56,357 nt of DNA, filler included, from Sluysia triapertura (GCA_046118255.1; 4 parts of 4 records of this genome joined end to end with filler, not necessarily neighbours in it), one strand, 5' to 3'; positions 13,325 through 27,977 are shown, numbered from the whole stretch's first letter. Notes: generated by a model not told the origin, from the sequence alone. Made by a program: numbers and translations.

Positions 13325-14330
13325 CCAGGGGTGACGCAGCTTATTTAAATTTTCGCACCCGTATTAATGCAAAATATAAACACTAAGAAATATATTACTA
13401 ACCCTTGTTCTAAAAAGTAAAATGATCTATTTACTAAAGAAATAACTTTAGTTTCATCGTTATCCATTGATGGACTAAAGCAGCTTTACTACATTTGAAA
13501 AGTTAATTCGATTTTTCTTTACTCCGTGACTGCTCATACAACAGTTTCATGACAATTAGTGAAATTAAAAATCAGCAACAGTACAGGACGGAAATTAAAG
13601 CTGTCGATTTTCTTTTAGTCGGTAATAAGCCTACTAATTTCGCCGATTAAATGTCGACAGTAATTTCAGTCTATATTCAACTTCATGATCATTCTAATTA
13701 TCTAAAGACAATGGGATTTGTGATAAAAAATCCACTTATCTTCTCAATATCATCTAATTAAAATTTAAAATCACTGTTACATTGCCTTTATAATAATAAC
13801 GTAATTTGTCAACTTAATTTAACGGTAAAATTAATGAAATAATAAATTTATTTCTCACAGAAGTATTTTGCATCGATATGTTGTGCGTCAACCATACGTT
13901 GTACATTCTATAAGCATCAATTTGATATGTACTTTATTAATACTTAGACATCGGGACATATTTAACTTTAATTTTAAATTATAAAAATTAATTAAAATAA
14001 CTAATCTTTACATTATCAACGTTGACATGCTTCGCAGTACTTCATCACTAATCCCAACAAAAGGAATTTAATGATATTCCTTTTTGTAATATCTTTAGTG
14101 ATTTCAAAAGGTTATTATGACAACCTAACAGTTACATCTGTTGTGTCCCTTAATTAAAGTACTTATGAATCCACTTTTGCTTTTAGTTTAATTCACACTG
14201 AGTGTTCTTCTCAATCGCGAACAATTTCCTCAATATGCTATGAGATGATTGTCAAGATTACCGAACAATTTTAATTTTTTAAAATACTTTCCACAATATT
14301 TCTTACATAAAATTTTTCAGATTCATTCTT
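13325..14330 (-). mobile_element. Highly decayed hAT (Charlie/SPIN-like) remnant
   Basis: CAGGGGTG terminus at ~13326. Minus-strand fragments HIEEIVRD (~14205-14230), RDTTDVT (DESTDVT-like, ~14130-14150) and FEITKD. Confidence 0.45.
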
Positions 14331-14906
14331 AAACTTGATTGTAGAATGATACCAAAGATTAACAAAAAACTATAATTTTATTATTTTGAATGTTTACTGT
14401 TTCCTATCTAAATTTTATAATATTGTGCTTTTTCTAAATAATAAATTATATACATAATTAACTTATACCATTGTTTTCTAAAGTTATTTTAATACATTTT
14501 CAGCAGATTAAAATTGGCCAAATACAATTACATTTAATCTAAATAAAAGTTTTCTCACATAATATTGAATTTTGTGTGCGCGTAGAACTATTTATATTAT
14601 TTTATTAAAATTGAAATATATTTTACAACAAAATAAATTTTTTAATGTGTAAACATATTTGTTTAATCATATCATTAACTGAAAAATGTTTGAAATTAAG
14701 TCTCAATGATAAAGCATACTATATATAAAATCAATTGTATTTCTATTAAAATTACAACAAACGATACAAGCTAAACGTTGCAGTAATGGACTTTATAATT
14801 GGCTATTTAGTAAAACAAGTATTAAAAAACAATTTCGTTTCTAATAATTTTTCAGAAAATATCTTAATTTTGCATGCTTATTTAATTTGAACACTACTAT
14901 TGAATT

Positions 14907-15059
14907 ATGTTTTCGAAATATTCTATCGACTTAAAATCTGAATTCAAGAAACAGTTTCGTAAAACTGAAGATTATTTTAAGAAATCATTAGACAAAGAAG
15001 AGGTGCAAGCTATTATTCACTCATGGAACAAATGTGGATTTAGAAATTTTACTGTAATG
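14907..15059 (+). CDS. Candidate exon of an unknown plus-strand gene or pseudogene
   Basis: Open frame FSKYSIDLKSEFKKQ...VQAIIHSWNKCGFRNFTVM ends at a perfect GTAAGT donor (15060). The upstream acceptor at 14855 is not in an open frame with it. Confidence 0.3.
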
Positions 15060-18000
15060 GTAAGTTTCGTTGGTTATGCAACAATGTATTAGAATTAATA
15101 AATTAATTCCTACTGATTTTATCTACGATTGTAAAACAAATTAATTTTAATTTGAATTAATGTTAATTTAATTTAATGTTAAAATAATACAGATTTTATT
15201 ATTAGAAAATCACATTATTAGAAAGATTTATAGTTTATAATTCTTAGAGTGATAATATTGCCTAATTCTCATTTTATACTGATTGATTTGGAACATGAAT
15301 TGGACTACCTTTTTAATCTTATATGACTTTAATGTATTATTATGTACTCTAAAACCTTACTGGAAGATTTGTTCCGGTTTTCTTACAACTTGGGACAGTA
15401 AACATGTTCAAAGAATTCATGATGTGCATTTTACGTCTTGATAAACTGAAATTCTACAAGAACATTTTTAAAAAATTTATTTAAGTTCCTTTACAAAGCT
15501 ATATAACTTCATTCTTCCTAAGATTGTGACTTGTCATTTTAAAAAATTTTATTGCCGATAAATATTCAAGAAATATTAGTACATTTAATTATTTACAAAG
15601 ACTTTAATTAAATTAAAACCATAAAATTTAATTATAATTTCTATTAAATTAAGCTAATAAAATTTGAGTTTTATTTGTTAAACACCTTTTTATGTTTGTC
15701 AGATTTGAGACGTTTAAAGGACCATTTCAAAACATTTTTAGAAAACAAATTTAAAATATAACACTTAGTGCAAAAAGCAATTGAGACTCATTATTTAAAA
15801 TAAACAAATCTGACCTTAACGTGAAGAAACGTTCTTATCAGCACTGTTTGCTAATTAATGCCACATAAAGCAAAAAAATTCCCGAATCGCAGTATTTTTA
15901 GTTTGAGAAGTAGGTTTTTAAAAGGTATTAACATTACTATCTCAATATTTTTTTTGATTTTGTAAAGTAAAAAATTAATTTGTTAGTATATTTGTTAGTG
16001 TGGTTCAATTCATGTATTTGCATAAGTGCACATTGAAATAAATGCATTTAACGAGAAAAAACACAAGGCTGCATTTTATTATGTGGCATAATAAGTGAAA
16101 TTTTTAATGTTTATTTTTTAACACCATTATTCGTACAGGTAGTAATATATGACAATATTATATAAAATGACACAAAATTCTCGAAGCATAAAAATATTAA
16201 ATAAGGTTTTGATTTTAATGAAGTTTTTCAAAATTAGGTACCAACTACACCAGCTTTTTGCGCCAAAATTTAGCAACATAGTTACATTTTAAAAATACGA
16301 ATGGATGAGAGAAATATTCTGCTTAAATTTATATTTGACTATAATAAGTTTCGATGTTTCTTATAATACAAACAAATAACAGAAAACTATTCTTTTTTAA
16401 AATAAGAAAATTTAGAATTATATGTAAAAAAGAATGAATATAAATTATTACCGGAAAGCCAGATAAAAATCCAGGTAAAAGTGTTACGTTCTACCTCTGT
16501 TATTACTTATTTACTTAAAGTTGTGAAGAAAGAATTACTAACATGAAATCTTGCGAAGTAGGTAATTTTCCTATTGTCAAAATGTGTTTCTTGAATAATT
16601 GCATAAACAAATGAATTTAAAAAGCTTAGTAAAATTTTTAAACATAAGTATTTTAGCATTTTAAGCATAAGTTTTTATATTGAAGCATTATAAATCAAAT
16701 AATTGGAATTGCACTTTTATAGAAATTGATTAGTAAATTTTTATGCTCTACCATCATTTTATAATTAAAGAGTCTAGTTGTTTATTTATATCAGTTGTTT
16801 ATTTATAACAACAGTAAATAGTAATTTACTGAATCCAAACATTCAAATAATTAGTTGTTTTAGAAGTGTATTCTTGAAATTTTACGATTTTAAAGAACAT
16901 TTAAGATTAAAACTTTTTCGAACATCATCAACAATGTATTTTTTTACTTTCAAAACTTCTGAACTAAAATCAACTATTTTGTTAGCATCTTCACCATGAT
17001 CACCACTTGTATTTTAAGTAACTTTAAAAAATTAGAAATGTTTAAGCCTTTTACAGTATGGAATTGTAAATGTCGAATAAATATCTAAATATCAGTTTGA
17101 TCTTATTCACCAAGCATATTTCGTACTATCATGAAATAAAAGTAAGGTGAGAAGAGACTATTCAAGGATTTGATAATTTGTGATTTTAGGTAAGTTACAT
17201 GAAATTTGGAAAATTAGGTAATTTGTGACTAATTATAAAACAAAATGTCATTAATTTCATTTATTCTTTATAAAGTCAACTCAAAGAAAAGTTTATTTTC
17301 AGTAAAATAAGCACTAATACTTTTATTTCATTTGAATTGTCTTTATCAGTTATTATGAATTGCTTTAATAAGACCACATATAATTAGTTAATTTACAATT
17401 ACAATTTTTTTAAAATTCAAAAGGTCATTTTAAAACATTAATATTCATTAAAGGAATAAATTGATTCTCTTATTCTGAAATTTAGAATTTCTCTTGATGC
17501 AATTTCTCTTGAGACTGAGATGTATTAATTTATTTACATGTATAAAAATTTATTTACATGAATTTATAACATTCAAACAAGAAGAAATTTTCATTTTCTT
17601 GTTAAATAATTTTTCATTTACAAGATTCACATTCTTTTTAACCAGTTGAAATACACATAAACCGCACTCAGAATTACACAATCCAAACAATTAAAATATG
17701 TGCACTCTTATTTCATAAATTGTGTATCAATCAGTATTCATTGCATTGCACAATTATAAATTAATTTTAGGTTTCAATTATATAAATTTAAATTTTAATC
17801 AAAAATTCTGAATATTTATGTCGAAAGTGGAACTATAATTTAATGTCTTATCTTTTTATTTTGAAGAGCATCTATCCTTTTATTTTATTTCCATCTTCGT
17901 TTTAAGAAAACATTTTAAAAATGTTTTAATAAATTGTATTATGTGGCAAACTTAAAATACTTCACAATTAATTGAAGACATTTTAAATAAAGTACGTACA

Positions 18001-18063
18001 AAATAATGAAGGCCTTTTTAACCACGAAATCAATTTTCTGACTGAAAATAAAGCACTGAATAG

Positions 18064-18290
18064 GTTATTTGAATTTACTGGCGCAGGGAAATTACGAACA
18101 TACGATACTAGATTCAGAGATTGCAATTTACCCTCGACTAAATACTCAAAGCGCAAATACTGGAGATCGATTTTACTTTTATTTTACATATATTAACATA
18201 TTTCTTACAACTTACGCCATATATCTAATTATGCATTTTATGCAATATGTAATTTATAGGACATTAGTGAGTGAATACGTAAATAATTAA
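18064..18290 (+). CDS. Candidate terminal exon with hydrophobic C-terminal segment
   Basis: aatag acceptor at 18063, then open frame YLNLLAQG...YINIFLTTYAIYLIMHFMQYVIY...VNN*. Convergent with the homeobox gene. Confidence 0.3.
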
Positions 18291-19676
18291 TAATGAAAAT
18301 AATTTACAGAACAATAGAGTCCGGACAAGAATTAAATATCATAACAGAATAAAATTTATAAAGTAAAAGAATTATTAATAATTAAATAAATGGAAATATT
18401 ATTATAGAACAAATTTACAAAAAATATAAAACTACTAATAACTACTATTTAGAATGTAATTATTAAACAATAAAATATTTTGCATAGAACAAAATAATAA
18501 CATTTTAATCCATTATAATCATTGCTAATAAGGAGTAGTACTATAAAAAAGTAATAATAAAATAATTTATCATACAAAAGATCATTGTAGTTATACAAAA
18601 TTTAAATATAAATACCCAACATATCGTATTCATGTTATTATTCGAGGTATATATAATTATAAGCAACGAGTTATTATTCAAAAAGCTTCGACTCATTATC
18701 CGAGCAGCGAACTACTATCTTAAGAAAGTTATTATCTCGAAGTTAAAGAAGGTATTTAATTATTACAATTGATAACATTATCCTGTTGATACAAAGATAT
18801 TAATTTTAAAAATAAATTTGATTGTATTTATTTTAGAATAACCATTAACTATTAATAACCATTAGAATAACCATTAAGCTAATTTATAGTAGTTTCATAA
18901 AATATTATTATCATATTCGTTTTTCTTTTATTTTTATTTTGATGATCTTTGCCATAATACATGATTAATAGAGTATTCAGTTTAGTTAGTTTTATCTTGT
19001 TTCGAGGAAGAAAATTTGGATTTTTGTCACATAAATCGGCACTTCCATCTCTTACACCACAGCCCAGTGAACAATAACCTCCAGCTTATATTAAGTGTTA
19101 ACAATAAATTCAAGTATTATACCTAAGATAACTCAAGTTTCAGTGTTAGTTTATAAAATTAAANNNNNNNNNNNNNNNNNNNNNNNNNNNNNNNNNNNNN
19201 NNNNNNNNNNNNNNNNNNNNNNNNNNNNNNNNNNNNNNNNNNNNNNNNNNNNNNNNNNNNNNNNNNNNNNNNNNNNNNNNNNNNNNNNNNNNNNNNNNNN
19301 NNNNNNCCCTCTTGTAATCTGGGTTTGTTATTATTGCACTATATTATGCTCATTTAAGCAACTACAATCTTTTGTTTTTGTTTACATAAGTTCAAAATTA
19401 AAATATAAGACAATAAATATATTTTAAATTAGGTCGACAATTTTTGAGGTAAAGAACGTCTTTTTATTTGTCAAAATTAGCATTTTTTACTTCAACATAA
19501 ATGATTACTCATCAGAAATTGATACATAAGTATTTTATATTCAAATATTGTATAATTTATAATTATTTATGATTTATAATTATTTTTTTCACAATAAATT
19601 TTATCAAACAATCTATTACTAATAAACGAAAATAGTAAATAAAATCTATAAATACAAATTAAATTTATACAATTAT

Positions 19677-20315
19677 TTAATCTACCAATCTAATATTATT
19701 CGTAAAATTAGAATGAGAAATGTTTGTTACAGTATCGTTAATAGATTCGTTTGAATTATAGTAATTGGGTAATAAATCTGGTTCTTCATCAATTTTTTTA
19801 TCATATGAAATGGAATTCGATTCTGAAAAAGCAGAAGAATCGAAAAAATTATTCGAATAAAACTGATATATTGAATTGTAATAGGAATTTGGATAAAAAA
19901 ATGGAATTCCATTATTATTAGTTATAGTGGATGTGGTTGGCGTTGAATGAGAATATTCCGTTGATATAGTACCGTAGTGATGTTGAGTGGTATTAAAAAT
20001 TTTTTGGGTATTATGACAATATGTTTGATGTGGTAAAAATTGTGTTGTTTGTGATTCCGTTGGTAAAGTTGGCTGCTGTTGCAATGATTGCGGATGAAAT
20101 TGTGCGTTGGTCGAGGAATTGTTACTATGGTTACTGTGACCCACTAAAACAGATGCATTAATTGGATTATTGTTGTGATCTAATGGAGAAGACTGATGTA
20201 AAATTAACGAACCATGTGGAGTGCTGGCACGATGCGGAGAATTTGAAAAAAATTTTCGACGTTTTAATTCACTTTCGTCACGTTTTTTTTTCATGCGACG
20301 ATTTTGAAACCAAAC
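19677..20315 (-). CDS. Last exon of an ANTP-class (Hox-like subclass) homeobox gene
   Basis: Acceptor aaatag| then VWFQNRRMKKKRDESE... (homeodomain helix 3), followed by an uninterrupted S/N/H/Q/T-rich tail. 213 codons including the stop; phase-0 intron before homeodomain residue 47. Confidence 0.93.
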   Translation of the reverse strand, partial: VWFQNRRMKKKRDESELKRRKFFSNSPHRASTPHGSLILHQSSPLDHNNNPINASVLVGHSNHSNNSSTNAQFHPQSLQQQPTLPTESQTTQFLPHQTYCHNTQKIFNTTQHHYGTISTEYSHSTPTTSTITNNNGIPFFYPNSYYNSIYQFYSNNFFDSSAFSESNSISYDKKIDEEPDLLPNYYNSNESINDTVTNISHSNFTNNIRLVD

Positions 20316-21475
20316 CTATTTATTTATTGTTTAATAAATGAATAATTGAAATCATAAAATGATAGATATAGTTTAATGACGACAAAATTCCGTCTTTTTT
20401 AAAGCAATACATTTTTAAATAAGCCTCTATTACATAGTTTCCAATTTATTTAATCACTTATTTGCTTATTTACAAAATGTTTAAGTTATTTTATCATTTG
20501 AATTTGAATTTAAATTAAAATTAAAACAAAAATTTATACTCATAGTACAAATATGAACAATAAATATATAAATGTGTATAAGGGCCCTGTCTAACAATGT
20601 TATTTTATTATAGTTTATTATACTCTCATTATTCAAAAAGGTACTTTTATGCCTGTATCTTACAATAAAGGTATAATTATTTATGAAAATATTGTTTAAA
20701 TTTTTAAATTCAAATTAATATGCTTGCCAAATCCTAGGTGGATCTAGCTTGACTTTAGTTTATTTGTCAATTTTAATCTGTTAATCGGATGTACCATCTT
20801 ATAACTACACATGCATAGCGGCCTTGCAGTACATTGAAGGTCATGAAGCAACAGTGGGATAAAAATGCACATTCCATTCGTGTAAGCTCATCACATGTAT
20901 TTAAATGACCTAAGTACAGTGTTTTGTATTTGACGTATTGTTAACTAAAACAATAAATAAAAAGAGAAAATTTGATAAGCTACTGTACATTTTGTTGGAT
21001 AATTTATTATTTCATGTTTAATAATGGTGTTCGAATATTAAAACAATCAAAAAAGGACATGTTTTATATCGGACATATTTGGACCATTTTATAAATCAAC
21101 AAAGATTTACCATAGATTTCTTGAAGAATAATCTCACTTTTCTTGATACAATGCAGTTTAAATTTACATAAATATCCCAGAAATCACAAAACACATAAAT
21201 AAACTTCTACTTGTAACAGTTAAATCACAATTCTTACTTTAATTTCACAAAATTACATTATTCAATGCGGTCACCAAATTCGTAAACATATACAAATGTG
21301 ATATCTAAAATCCAAATGCTAAATAGAGTAAACAAAATATTTAACTTCAATCATCAAATCGTCCACCAAATAGATCATCAAATACACCTTTCCCTGATAA
21401 TAGACTTTTACTGAGCCAAGTACTCAGAGATGCAGGTTTTGAAATAATTATTAGAAATAACTTTTAGAATACATT

Positions 21476-21507
21476 TAATTTTAATTAATTAATTAATTAA
21501 TTAATTA

Positions 21508-21552
<45 letters not shown>
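21476..21552. repeat. (TTAA)n/(AAT)n compound microsatellite
   Basis: Directly visible. Confidence 0.9.
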
Positions 21553-21554
<2 letters not shown>

Positions 21555-22689
21555 TACTTGTATAGCATAATAATAATTCTTGTAATTAATAATAATTGCT
21601 TTTGCTAACTGCTTGTGCAATTCAAATAATCGTTTATTAATATAATTGTTGTTTTTGACAATATTAAATAATTATTGACAAATTATGATTCGTGATTAAA
21701 ATAATTATGTGAAAATTATTTTAATTGTTGAGGAATTGTTTATTGAAAAATAATTATTTGCTGTAAAAGAGTATAAAAGAAGCAGTATTTTTAATAAACC
21801 ACCACAATAACGACGAGTAGATATAATTTGGAGTTTTTTTACAGTCTCGGTTATTGATATTCGATGTAATAATCAGAAAACATATTTTTGGAAAACAATC
21901 TGTCCATAAATATGTAAGATTATATTTATTAAGTTTCATCATTTTTTAACGGAAGGGCTAACATTTTTATAGCTACTTTAATGGTAGCTGTACTAAAATC
22001 ATTACGATATTAAGAGAAATCTTACTATCTATTAAATATTATTTATTATAAAATTTTAAAAGCTATTTTTTGTCCGACAATTTTTTATTTTTGATTGATA
22101 TACTTTAGAAACCAGTTTATTAGAAGAATCATCATAAAGTTTGTAATAATACGACTTGATCCCACGTTTTATAAATTAAACCTTAAAGTTTTAAAAGAGG
22201 TACAACCTTTCTTATGATTTGTCGCACAAAAATCCTATAGACCGTCTTTCTCTAAGGAATATCAATCGACTTCTAAAGGTGTTTACGATTAAAGGTAATA
22301 GTTAGCAAAGGCTGAAAGAAAAAGCTGAATTTAGATTTAGAATTTATAAAATTGTTTACATATTTAAACTCAATGTTAAAATTTTCTCTAGTACTACCAA
22401 ACGATCTAAATCGGTTTTATAATTCTATTCAAAATCTGCGTGATATTTTAGCGTTAACGAGTTATATTATGTAACTGATAAATTGGTCTACTATTTTTTT
22501 AAATTTTGATCAGGTTAGATCTTGACCCATTAATATCAAATTTTTGACTTTGTGTCTTGTGTTATCTCAATATAACCATAAAAAAATTTGTAAAATAAAA
22601 TTAATTTCAAGCTTAGTGATATCTGAACTCTGGATAAGACTTGAAATAAATTCATCCCGATTCTTCATTGAGATTGAAATATATATATA

Positions 22690-22982
22690 TGTTGGGGCAA
22701 AAGGCCTAAAAAGTGCCAAGTAGTATAATTGAATATATTAAAAATGAAATTGTTAGACGGGGCTGANNNNNNNNNNNNNNNNNNNNNNNNNNNNNNNNNN
22801 NNNNNNNNNNTTAATTAATTAANNNNNNNNNNNNNNNNNNNNNNNNNNNNNNNNNNNNNNNNNNNNGAAATTATGGTGTGACTTAAATAGTTTATATTAT
22901 GTGAGAATTTTAGAACACTTAAATATATTTAATTATTTCTTTGTGTTTATATATGTAAGTCCTCTATGACACCGGGATTACA
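22690..22982 (+). mobile_element. LTR-like fragment(s) spanning an assembly gap
   Basis: Starts TGTTGGG and matches 27882-27954 (shared aaattgttagacggggctga). After the gap it ends with gtaagtcct...tgacaccgggatt, resembling the LTR end and PBS at 1-25. Confidence 0.5.
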
Positions 22983-25900
22983 CACTTAAGGGCTGATGCA
23001 TGGATGTCAGCGTTAAGGAAAATGGAGGTCAAAAGATGATACTTTCAATTGTGTATGTTCTCTAATATAAGCGAGGTTACATTTTCAATAATTTGTATAC
23101 GATCTGAAAAGATCTTTTGAATCAGATTTAAATTACTTATGAAATATTATCTTTTATTATACACTTGATTATTTTATTAAAATTATAATTTGGTTGGTTA
23201 CGTGTGTCAAGTAGATATAATTTTTGGATTCCTGAATAGAAATTATTAGAGTCGAATTGATCTCTAATGTATTTTTAATTGTTTGAATGTGATCTGAATA
23301 GATCTGTGGGTAAAATTTATATTTATTACAATAGTACTTTTGATTATAACTGTAGATTTTTGTAACACAATATTATCGTTTATGTATTTAATTCAACAAA
23401 ATTTCTTTGTTTCCTTATTTTGTCTTAAATGAAATAAAACTAAACTTGTCAAATATGTGTATTAAATTTTACAATATAAAGAAAATGGAACAAGAACAAA
23501 TAATTAAAAATTATAAAAAAAATTCAACTTTTTTAATATGCAAATCAATAATGAAATGCTACGATACAAACAGTTTAATGTGTAATAAAACTTGATTTCA
23601 GCTGTGTAATTTTTTATTACCAATCACAAATATAAATAAAAATGAATAATAATTATTATTAGTAAGGATATTATTATATTTAATAATAATAATTTCGTTA
23701 AAATTATTGCGATTTATAAAAGTAATTAAAATTTACTTTGTTTTCAATGTATATTTTGTTATTTGTCTTTAAAAAATCTCTTATTAATTGATACAAATTA
23801 ACGTCATTATTTAAAAATGTTGCAGAAATAAAATTTTCTGTAGTAATTCGACAATAAAATCAAATGAATTACGATTCTCAGTTTAAAAATGTGAATAACT
23901 TGTAACATTAAATAACTTTTGAATGATTTAAGATAAACAATTGAATCAGCGTACAAATTAAATGGTGATTTATTCCTTGAAAATTTAATGAATGATTTAA
24001 AATAACTTGAGTTTAATTACTAAATACCTTCAGCTATATATGTTCTTTCAAAATTTAAGGTTATTTGACCTTTACTAAGTACTACGCCTTAATAATCAAT
24101 TGTTGGACTTTAGCTTTTGTAATTATAATAATAATATTTTGTGCACTAGATAATAATAATAATAATATTAACAATATTTTTAATAATACTTTATAATAAT
24201 AAAATTATTATATTTTTCTTTATAATATAATAATGTTAATTATAATAATAATAATAATAATTACATTTATGACTTGCTAATTTTCTGATCTAAAATTGAT
24301 CTAGTATTTCCAGAAATTGATATGATTATGAAAGCAGAATTAAATTCGAATATTAGGTATCAAGATTAAGTCAAGAAAGTTATTCGAAATTATTAGATTA
24401 TGTATTATTTAGCTTGAATTCCACAAGCATCAATTCATTATTAATGTTTTTCATCAAAACGGACATATATCACTATTGAAACTCATATGTTGACCAAAGT
24501 TTCTTCTTTAAAAGATACTTTTAATCACTTGTTGTTTAAATTAGGAATTATTTAAGGACAATTAATATCTGTATTAATTAAAGAAGTTATTTTCAGTAAA
24601 TGTTTTAATCAAAAATTTTGAAAACATTTAATATTGTTCATTGTGAATAATCTGAAAGATCTTAGCAGTAAATTACCTAAACATGTAAAAATGATTTTTA
24701 GATTTTTGTTCGTAAATTTTATTAGAGAGCTTTTTGAAATAATACTGGAAAACATCCTATAATTGTACTTAAAAGAAATATTAATTATATTATATTATTA
24801 TAATATTTTAATTAAACATGGACCAGATCTAAAAAGCGTTATTGATATAGGTGCGTCTCAGGTCTGTTATATAATAAATTTTTTCTCCAAACTATTTCAA
24901 CGATTCGTTTACTGAAAATAGGCTTTTAGCTAGTACAATATTAATGTATTTCACTAAAACATTTCAATGAAGTTACTGGTTCTAATTATTCAGAAATGTA
25001 TGAGACAGCTTCATCAAATTGTTCAACATCCACTTCAATTTTAGCGATTTTATTAAATATATGACCAAATTTTTTCAAATATTCTACAATTGGACAAACA
25101 ATTTATAATAAATTGTTGATTAAAATTGATGATAATGATAAATCAATTAAATTGACTGCATCTGAACCATTTTATATCAGTTTATATTGTTTACGTGATT
25201 TATTACTATTAAATTATAAATTATAAATAATTAATTAACATTATACGAATATTTGTTTTAACATTACAGAAATTTTATTAATTTTAGAATTAAACTTTAT
25301 GTTTATAATATATCTTCATTGAAGTGATATTTCAATTTAGTACAAGAACGAAATAAAACTGCAGAAAATAACTATAAATAAAAATAAAACAAAGATATAG
25401 TAAATTATTAAGGAAATACTTAATATTTGATTACAATTTTATAAGTAACTTTAAATTAGCTAAATAAATTCTAAATGAATTTGAGTATTTTTTAAACTTG
25501 GCTTAACCTGATAAATAAATTTAATTTATTAAATTACAAATAAAATAATCGTGGAGGATCTGAAATTTAAGAATTCCATTTTCCAATTTGCCTTTCTTTT
25601 CCTGTGTTTGTTTTTAATGAGTATAACTCTTTGGGTTTCTGATCTTGATTTTCTTTACTATTCTTGACTATTGATTTCCAAAAAATCAATCGACATCAAT
25701 AATAAACGAAAGCTTTTATTTAAATATTTTTCAAACAATTTCTAAATTATTCTTATTTATAATCTGGTTTATGTGCTTTGTTTTGTATTATGTTGGCATG
25801 TATCGCGCCATAATGTAGGCTGTAAAATACTACAATTATTGCGCAATGTTCTTATTATAAAATATTATGATTTTCTTTATATTATTAACACAAAAACCTC

Positions 25901-27881
25901 ACACTGTTTTTGTAATTCGTATTTTAATGTGTAATTTTATTTGAATAAGTTTTATACATTGGTTGGAAGTTATATGAAATTAAGTGAACGTGTGAAGTTT
26001 TAAGAAAGATTGGTAATGTATGTTCGATGATTAAGTGAAAATATAAATACTTTAAAGAGATTTGCTTATTCGTGTAAAAGCTCAAAGATCTGAAAAATGG
26101 ATTACTAATATATTTTAAACTTATAATGTCAAGGAATATCAAAGTACCATAATCAGTTAAGCAGCTTATAAATTGATATTAATTGATAATACTAAAATAG
26201 CATAACCTTTATTATGTGTCCTTTCTATCGTTCAACAGAATAATCTATTTCATTCCAAATATTCTCTTAATTACAAAATTTTGCTGCTTGATTTTGAAAG
26301 AAATGTTTAGTTGTTACTTATATTTACACGTGTTAACCAAATATTAGTTTCATTGCATATGATATATACATTATAAATACTGTTCTGCCTTATTGTATAA
26401 TGTGTAATGATAGAACTTATATTATCCAAGACAAACAGCAAATGGTTTGTCCGCAGGATTTATAAGATAAAAATTCTTAAAGATATTGGAAGTCAAATAA
26501 TATTGCTCTCAAAGATGTAAGTAAACATGTCAATTATGTCTTAATAGTAATATTAACTTATTCTAATGTTAAACTGTGTTATAACAAATTAATAAATAAT
26601 TTTACATCAATTTGAAATGAGGGTTTCAAATAGTAATATTTTGAAATGACTTGTGATTTTATTCCACCATTTAAAATGTGGATTAAAAGGTATGCCCTGT
26701 TTTAAGGATTAATAAGATTTAATAACAAAATCAAGTGATAATTAATATTTTTATAGCAATATGTCTGCGTAATTATTAAAATACAAGATAGAAAATTAAA
26801 TGAAATATCTATAGTTTTTTGAGAACATGAAAGTTTTTTGTCTTTAAATTTTTATGTCAAGATTTTAACTGTGATTTTATGTGTCTCTTTAAAATCAAAG
26901 TAATTCGAGTTTAATTTAGGTTTATAAAATAGTCTAATGCTGCTTTTGTCGTGATAAAAGGTATGTATTCAATTCCAAAATAATGTAATTCTCTCCATGA
27001 CTAACTGTTTTGCAATAAAAGTATTTTAAAATTTGCAAACTATTTACGAAAATCTTTAACTTGAGTTCCTTGAATTAAATTTTTTTGCTTTGTGCAATAA
27101 TTGTTTCTTAAAATTTTGGCTAATACTTGAATTTTTAATTGCACAGTTTTTTAGTTGCATTATGTAGTTGTTTAATTACATAGCGCTTTATATAGCTGTT
27201 TAATTGTGCGTGGTGTCATGTAATAATATATCAAAATTTAATGATATAGGCCTTTGTTATTGTCATCGATTTTAATATTAATTATAATAATTATTACTCC
27301 CTCTCTTCAAAAATATGGTATACATTTCTAAAATAGTATATAATTATGCTTATCTACAAATATTGCTTTTTTGAAACATATTTTTCAGGTTTAATTGTCA
27401 TATCAACAAGTTGTATTGATATAAACGTATATAACCAAAAATTAATCCGCAGTTTAAATATATTTAAATTTAAGTCTGAATATTAGAGAGAAATGAATAA
27501 CGAAACAATTATTCTATCAATAAGAGTTAGTAAGGCAAAGCAATTGACGAATAATTATTCAATTCCACATTTTGGTAAAGAAAAACTTCGTCGCGAAAAC
27601 AGATTTCCAGTATCCCTATTATGTAATGAAGAAGCTCTTAATATGGCACGTGGAACTATAAACAATTGATAATAAAAGTAATTTTGAATGTTAAAATTTG
27701 TGACGAATCCTAGTATTTAATTAAACTGAGAATTAAAGTCTATTAAATCCATATTTAACATTTTGTATGCCATGTTTTGGAACAGAGGGAGTATTTTTTT
27801 AAAAGGATTCATTGCTCTTATTAAATATTCGCACGTATGAGTTACAATCCTACTTCCATTCTACAATACTTTTCCCCATTT

Positions 27882-27977
27882 TGTTGGGATACAGGCCTAA
27901 GGTGCCATTTGGTATGGTTGACTATAATAAAATAAAATTGTTAGACGGGGCTGATTGATCTAACAATTTCATCAACA
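27882..27977 (+). repeat. 96-bp TGTTG...CAACA element (mini solo-LTR-like) with internal hairpin
   Basis: Second copy of 22690-22766. Stem aaattgttaga/tctaacaattt at 27935-27969. No TSD visible. Confidence 0.55.

Noticed and set aside
20580-21430. Possible additional hAT remnant (minus AFLSHCC)
   Set aside because: Too degraded; a single weak motif.
25550-25610. KGKLENGILKFQI (minus strand) resembling an Hsp20 C-terminus
   Set aside because: Rest of the alpha-crystallin domain is absent and the frame is short.
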